DNA from: Promethearchaeota archaeon Loki_b31
GTDB taxonomy: Archaea > Asgardarchaeota > Lokiarchaeia > Sigyniarchaeales > SOKP01
Direction: 5' to 3'
Assembly (NCBI GenBank): GCA_005222975.1
Contig: NJBI01000007.1
Location: 1 to 64,000, forward strand
Length of the DNA: 64,000 nucleotides
Shown here: positions 60,193 through 64,000 of the stretch, piece by piece
Layout: each line of letters begins with the position of its first letter
Position numbering within the stretch: position 1 is the first letter of the stretch
Notes under the pieces: model-generated
What the model was told of the DNA's origin: nothing
The model's input: only the letters and a program-made list of their open reading frames with translations
Database searches by the model: none
Position numbers and translations under genes: made by a program

Positions 60193-62553
60193 GTGAAAAA
60201 TATGAGTAGGAAAGGCGCAAAATTAAAGATTGATAGCTACTCAGGTCCATTCGGGCAAATCAAAGGATTTGAATTGACTACGGGCAGAGTATCTTACGGT
60301 GATGAGACAGAGTGGGAGCCAGAAGGCCCTCATATGAAGCCCCACATTCCCACGCTTAGAAGCTGGTTCTTTAAACTTATGGAAAGGTATAAACCTTTTT
60401 ATATGCCGATTTGCGACATGTGTTGCTTATGCACATTCGGTAAGTGTAATCTTTCCAAGGGCAGAACTGGTGCGTGCGGAATCAACATGGAAGGAGCATG
60501 TGCAAAGATTGTAGAAATTGCGTGCTGCATTGGCGCTAGTTGCCATTCTGCACACGGAGACCATCTACTTCATTGGCTAAAAGAAAAGTTTGGTAACGTT
60601 CCTATAGATTTCGGGAACAATATCGCAATTGAAATGCCTATGACCCGATTAATCGTCGGAATGAAGCCAGAAACTTTAGAAGACTTAGAAGAGGCTATGA
60701 AATGGGTTCAATTTAATATTACACATCTTCTAGCATCGGGACACACAGGTCAAGAAGCTTCTTACTTAGACTACGAAGCAAAATCTTTTCTAGCTGGTCT
60801 TTGCGACCATGTAGGAATGGAAATAAGTGATGCCGTTCAAATTGCTGCTTATGGATTTCCCTGTGGAGACCCTGATGTCCCAATCGTCGAATTAGGCATG
60901 GGTACAATGGATTTCGAAAATAAGGCAACTATCTTGTTGATTGGGCACAATGTAGCTCCAGGGATTGAATTAGTTGATTATCTGAGAGAAAAAGGTTTAG
61001 AAGATAAAGTGGATGTAGGAGCAATTTGTTGCACAGCGCTCGATTTAACAAGGTATTACAGTGGTGCAAAAATAGTCGGTTCGCTTTCCCGTCAGATGCA
61101 TTACATCCGTTCGGGTTTAGCCGATGTTGTTGTTGTAGACGAACAATGCGTACATCTTCGCGCTTTTGAGCAAGCAAAACTTGTTGGCGCTCCCTTCATT
61201 GCTACGAATGAAAAGATAATGGCAGGGTTACCGGACAGAACTGATGACCCCGCAGAAGAAATTATTGACGATTTAGTTAGTGGTAAAGCGGATGGCGTAT
61301 TAATTTTAGACCCAATAAAGGCAGGAAAAGTTATTGCTGAAGTTGCAGTTAAAATAAAGCCTATAAGAAATGGTAGAAGCGCGGTTCCAGACGAAGACGG
61401 TTGTATAACTATGGCGATGAATTGCAATGGGTGCGGTAACTGTCAACGAAATTGTCCCAACGATTTACCCATAGTAGAAGGCGTACGATTAGCTAAAGAA
61501 GGAGATTTTTCTGTATTAGCAGAGCAATGTTATGATGCATGCTTGGATTGTGGCCGATGCGAGGCTGACTGTATGAAAAACGTATCACCTCTCACTCTTA
61601 TAATGTATGCTGGACGGGATAGAATCAGAAATGAGAAATACAATTGTCGATCTGGGAGAGGACCGATTCAAGATACTGAAATCCGTAATGTTGGTGCTCC
61701 AATAGTGCTTGGTGAAATTCCCGGAATCGTTGCTATTATTGGTTGTGCAAATTACGGTAAAGAAATTCAGGAATTGTATTTGCTTGCTGAAGAATTCTGT
61801 GTGAGGAACTATATAGTAGTTGTTTCTGGGTGTGCTGCGATGGACATAGGGCTCGTTAAAAACGAAGAAGGCCAAACTTTATATGACAGATTCCCAGGCG
61901 ATTTCGATCGTGGCGGTCTAGTAAACGTAGGAAGTTGCGTTTCGAACCCTCACATAACAGGAGCGACAGTTAAAGTAGCTAGTATATTCGCACGTCGTCC
62001 AATTAGAGGTAACTTTGAAGAAATTGCTGATTACGTCTTAAATAGAGTTGGAGCTGTCGGAGTAGCTTGGGGTGCAATGAGTCAGAAAGCCGCAAGTATT
62101 GCAAGTAGTGCTAATGGGATTGGAGTTCCCGCAATTGTTGGCCCTCACGCAGCGGAATATCGTCGTATGTATATAGGACGATCTGACGACGAAGATACTT
62201 GGAAAGTGTATAATGCAAGAGATGGTACTGGCGACCATTTAATTGGACCAGGACCAGAACATTTGCTCACACCAGCAGAAACCATAGAACAAGCAATTTG
62301 CTTAGTTGCAAAATTAGCGATACGACCCGCAGACAACTCAAAAGGAAGGATGATTAAACTATCTCATTGGATTGACCTTGAACGAAAATACAAGGGCGTT
62401 CAATTTCCAAACGATTTAGAAAGATTCATTCGAGTTGAAGCTGACATTCCAATTAGTATGAAAACAGAAATTCAAGAGTTTCTTAAGGCAAAAGGTTGGC
62501 AACCAAAAGAGATCATTGATCCTACCTTACTTAAGCGATTATGTAGAGAGTAA
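60193..62553 (+). CDS. cdhA: CO dehydrogenase/acetyl-CoA synthase complex alpha subunit (archaeal Ni-CODH)
   Basis: CDMCCLCTFGKC, GHN, ICCT, DEQC, two ferredoxin motifs, GCAN, SGC, GSCVSN, AMSQKA; the start may be ATG 60202. Confidence 0.95.
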   Translation: MKNMSRKGAKLKIDSYSGPFGQIKGFELTTGRVSYGDETEWEPEGPHMKPHIPTLRSWFFKLMERYKPFYMPICDMCCLCTFGKCNLSKGRTGACGINMEGACAKIVEIACCIGASCHSAHGDHLLHWLKEKFGNVPIDFGNNIAIEMPMTRLIVGMKPETLEDLEEAMKWVQFNITHLLASGHTGQEASYLDYEAKSFLAGLCDHVGMEISDAVQIAAYGFPCGDPDVPIVELGMGTMDFENKATILLIGHNVAPGIELVDYLREKGLEDKVDVGAICCTALDLTRYYSGAKIVGSLSRQMHYIRSGLADVVVVDEQCVHLRAFEQAKLVGAPFIATNEKIMAGLPDRTDDPAEEIIDDLVSGKADGVLILDPIKAGKVIAEVAVKIKPIRNGRSAVPDEDGCITMAMNCNGCGNCQRNCPNDLPIVEGVRLAKEGDFSVLAEQCYDACLDCGRCEADCMKNVSPLTLIMYAGRDRIRNEKYNCRSGRGPIQDTEIRNVGAPIVLGEIPGIVAIIGCANYGKEIQELYLLAEEFCVRNYIVVVSGCAAMDIGLVKNEEGQTLYDRFPGDFDRGGLVNVGSCVSNPHITGATVKVASIFARRPIRGNFEEIADYVLNRVGAVGVAWGAMSQKAASIASSANGIGVPAIVGPHAAEYRRMYIGRSDDEDTWKVYNARDGTGDHLIGPGPEHLLTPAETIEQAICLVAKLAIRPADNSKGRMIKLSHWIDLERKYKGVQFPNDLERFIRVEADIPISMKTEIQEFLKAKGWQPKEIIDPTLLKRLCRE

Positions 62554-62556
62554 TTG

Positions 62557-62585
62557 AATTTTTATTTTTTTTTATCTTTTTTTTA
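62557..62585 (+). terminator. T-rich archaeal terminator after cdhA
   Basis: Successive T tracts immediately after the stop codon. Confidence 0.45.
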
Positions 62586-62669
62586 ATTTATTAAAAATTT
62601 AGAACAAAGAATTTAAAATTACATATTAATTTTTATTGATTAATTAAATTATATATCGAATCTAATTGA

Positions 62670-62915
62670 TTGATATCAGGCTTAAAAAATATGGTTGATA
62701 AACAGTTATTAAAACTTTCAAAATTATGCGAGCATTGGGCAAATCACAACGATTCTCATAAAGAAAGTTTTGTAAAATGGCGAGACGTCGCAAAGGAAAA
62801 AAGTCTAACTTCAGTTGTGGAAAATTTAAACAACGCGATTGAAATGATGGATAAATGCACCGAATACTTGCTTTCGGCAAAAGAGTTTATTCGCTTGAAT
62901 GGCTTGAATGAATAA
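62670..62915 (+). CDS. Small helical His-motif protein
   Basis: EHWANHNDSH (HxxxHxxxH on one helix face); likely start ATG at 62691. Confidence 0.65.
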   Translation: MISGLKNMVDKQLLKLSKLCEHWANHNDSHKESFVKWRDVAKEKSLTSVVENLNNAIEMMDKCTEYLLSAKEFIRLNGLNE

Positions 62916-63012
62916 AGAAAAGAATTTTAAATTTCTAAATTTTTTTGTTTTAACAAACTTAAGGAATTCGGTATTTAATCGTTAGAATTATTAGAATTAA
63001 AAAGAAAAATAA

Positions 63013-64000
63013 TTAAAGGAATAAATTAATTAGAGGTAATAGTTGTTGCTTGAAGTAATCGATTTTTTCGTAAAGAAGCTCGACATTTTCGGATAAGATC
63101 CATAAATAAACGGGGATGTTCAATTCTGAATATTCAAATAGTTTTTCTCCTCGAATAGTAAACCCATTTAGTGGAAAATCGAGTGTTATCGAAGGCTCTC
63201 TAATTAATCCAATTGAATTGTGGAAGTTTGAGAGAGTTTGCATAATTAAAGCGGTATTATTTAACAATGCCGTGTCAGTCTCTGAGTCTGTGAAGTTTCC
63301 AAAAATTAATCCATCCATGGAAATCAAACTTGCAGCTTTACCTTCAATTGTATGGATGAAATCTTCGAGGATGTTTTCGATAATTTCAGATGTTTCGGAG
63401 ACCTTTTTTAACGCCTCACTGAACATTTGCATTATCGTTTCTTTCTGAAATATTGTTGTATCGGAATAGCTAATAGGCATTTTCTCAAATTCCCCAGCAA
63501 TGTGATTGAATTTAGATTTTATAGTAGATACGTTATTCTGCCATTCGAGCGAGGTGCGAACATCCTGATCGCTTTTTGAAAGTACAATTAAAATTGGGGG
63601 AGACTCATTTAATTGTTTTAAAGCTTTCAATACTTGACGGAAATAATTCGCAGATTCTGTAAATCGTTCAGTCTCTTGGGTGTCGACAACGTACAAAATT
63701 AAATCAGCCTCAGTAAAAAATAATTCAGGTTTATTAAAGTATAGTTTCTCTCTATACTGAACTTGACCACCTAAATCCCATGAGAGTATTGGATAACCGA
63801 AAAAATCTAATTTTACGCGTTTGACCCCCCTTGTTGGTAACAAAGCCTTAATTATAGAATACTTATCCTGAAGCACTGCCAAAATACTGGTCTTCCCACC
63901 ATTATCGAGTCCAATCATTAATAGCTTTTTATGAGTTCTTAACTTTTCACTAATCGCTTTCTCTAATACTTGAGCTATCTTGACCCATTTTGTAAGAATA
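63013..64000 (-). CDS. Arf/Rag-like small GTPase with C-terminal roadblock-like domain; N-terminus beyond the window
   Basis: GLDNGGKT, PT, WDLGGQ, SKSD; C-terminal ASLISMDGLIFG roadblock-type strand pair; frame is open to 64000 (..WVKIAQVLEKAISEKLRTHKKLLMIG). Confidence 0.85.
   Translation of the reverse strand, partial: ILTKWVKIAQVLEKAISEKLRTHKKLLMIGLDNGGKTSILAVLQDKYSIIKALLPTRGVKRVKLDFFGYPILSWDLGGQVQYREKLYFNKPELFFTEADLILYVVDTQETERFTESANYFRQVLKALKQLNESPPILIVLSKSDQDVRTSLEWQNNVSTIKSKFNHIAGEFEKMPISYSDTTIFQKETIMQMFSEALKKVSETSEIIENILEDFIHTIEGKAASLISMDGLIFGNFTDSETDTALLNNTALIMQTLSNFHNSIGLIREPSITLDFPLNGFTIRGEKLFEYSELNIPVYLWILSENVELLYEKIDYFKQQLLPLINLFL

Noticed and set aside
711-63448. Numerous short antisense or alternative-frame ORFs (e.g. 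15069-15623, 21049-21398, 32517-32906, 60719-62336)
   Set aside because: They lie fully within well-supported genes and have no recognisable motifs; treated as shadow ORFs.

Overview
AT-rich archaeal chromosomal window, most likely an Asgard archaeon of the Lokiarchaeia/Promethearchaeota type. The assignment is inferred from archaeal RadA, tRNA-intron endonuclease, CdhA and an A/V-type ATPase occurring with Arf/Rag-like small GTPases fused to longin/roadblock-like domains and a V4R/Bet3-like protein. Main blocks: (1) glmU-like gene and a GH13 amylase; (2) a 2-hydroxyacyl-CoA dehydratase locus (activator plus 3 subunits) interrupted by an opposite-strand four-gene cassette (Ddl-like ATP-grasp ligase, PLP racemase, B12-binding protein, opine dehydrogenase); (3) two VIT1-like transporters and a DUF47 gene; (4) an accessory module of a pilin-like protein, a HerA/VirB4-like ATPase and a 1361-aa acidic repeat protein ending in a LAGLIDADG nuclease; (5) a rearranged A/V-ATPase operon with an extra A subunit whose catalytic motif is altered; (6) endA, two MEMO1 paralogues and radA; (7) a glycogen/sugar-nucleotide cluster; (8) GTPases, V4R and a stand-alone cdhA. 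Notable sequence-level observations: at least four genes have conserved N-termini upstream of any ATG/GTG/TTG and appear to start at ACG or ATT behind a normally spaced Shine-Dalgarno; two inserts are bounded by duplicated 3' ends of the upstream gene; several paralogues look like pseudoenzymes. No rRNA, tRNA, CRISPR array or integrase was seen. All family calls come from motif recognition, not database searches.
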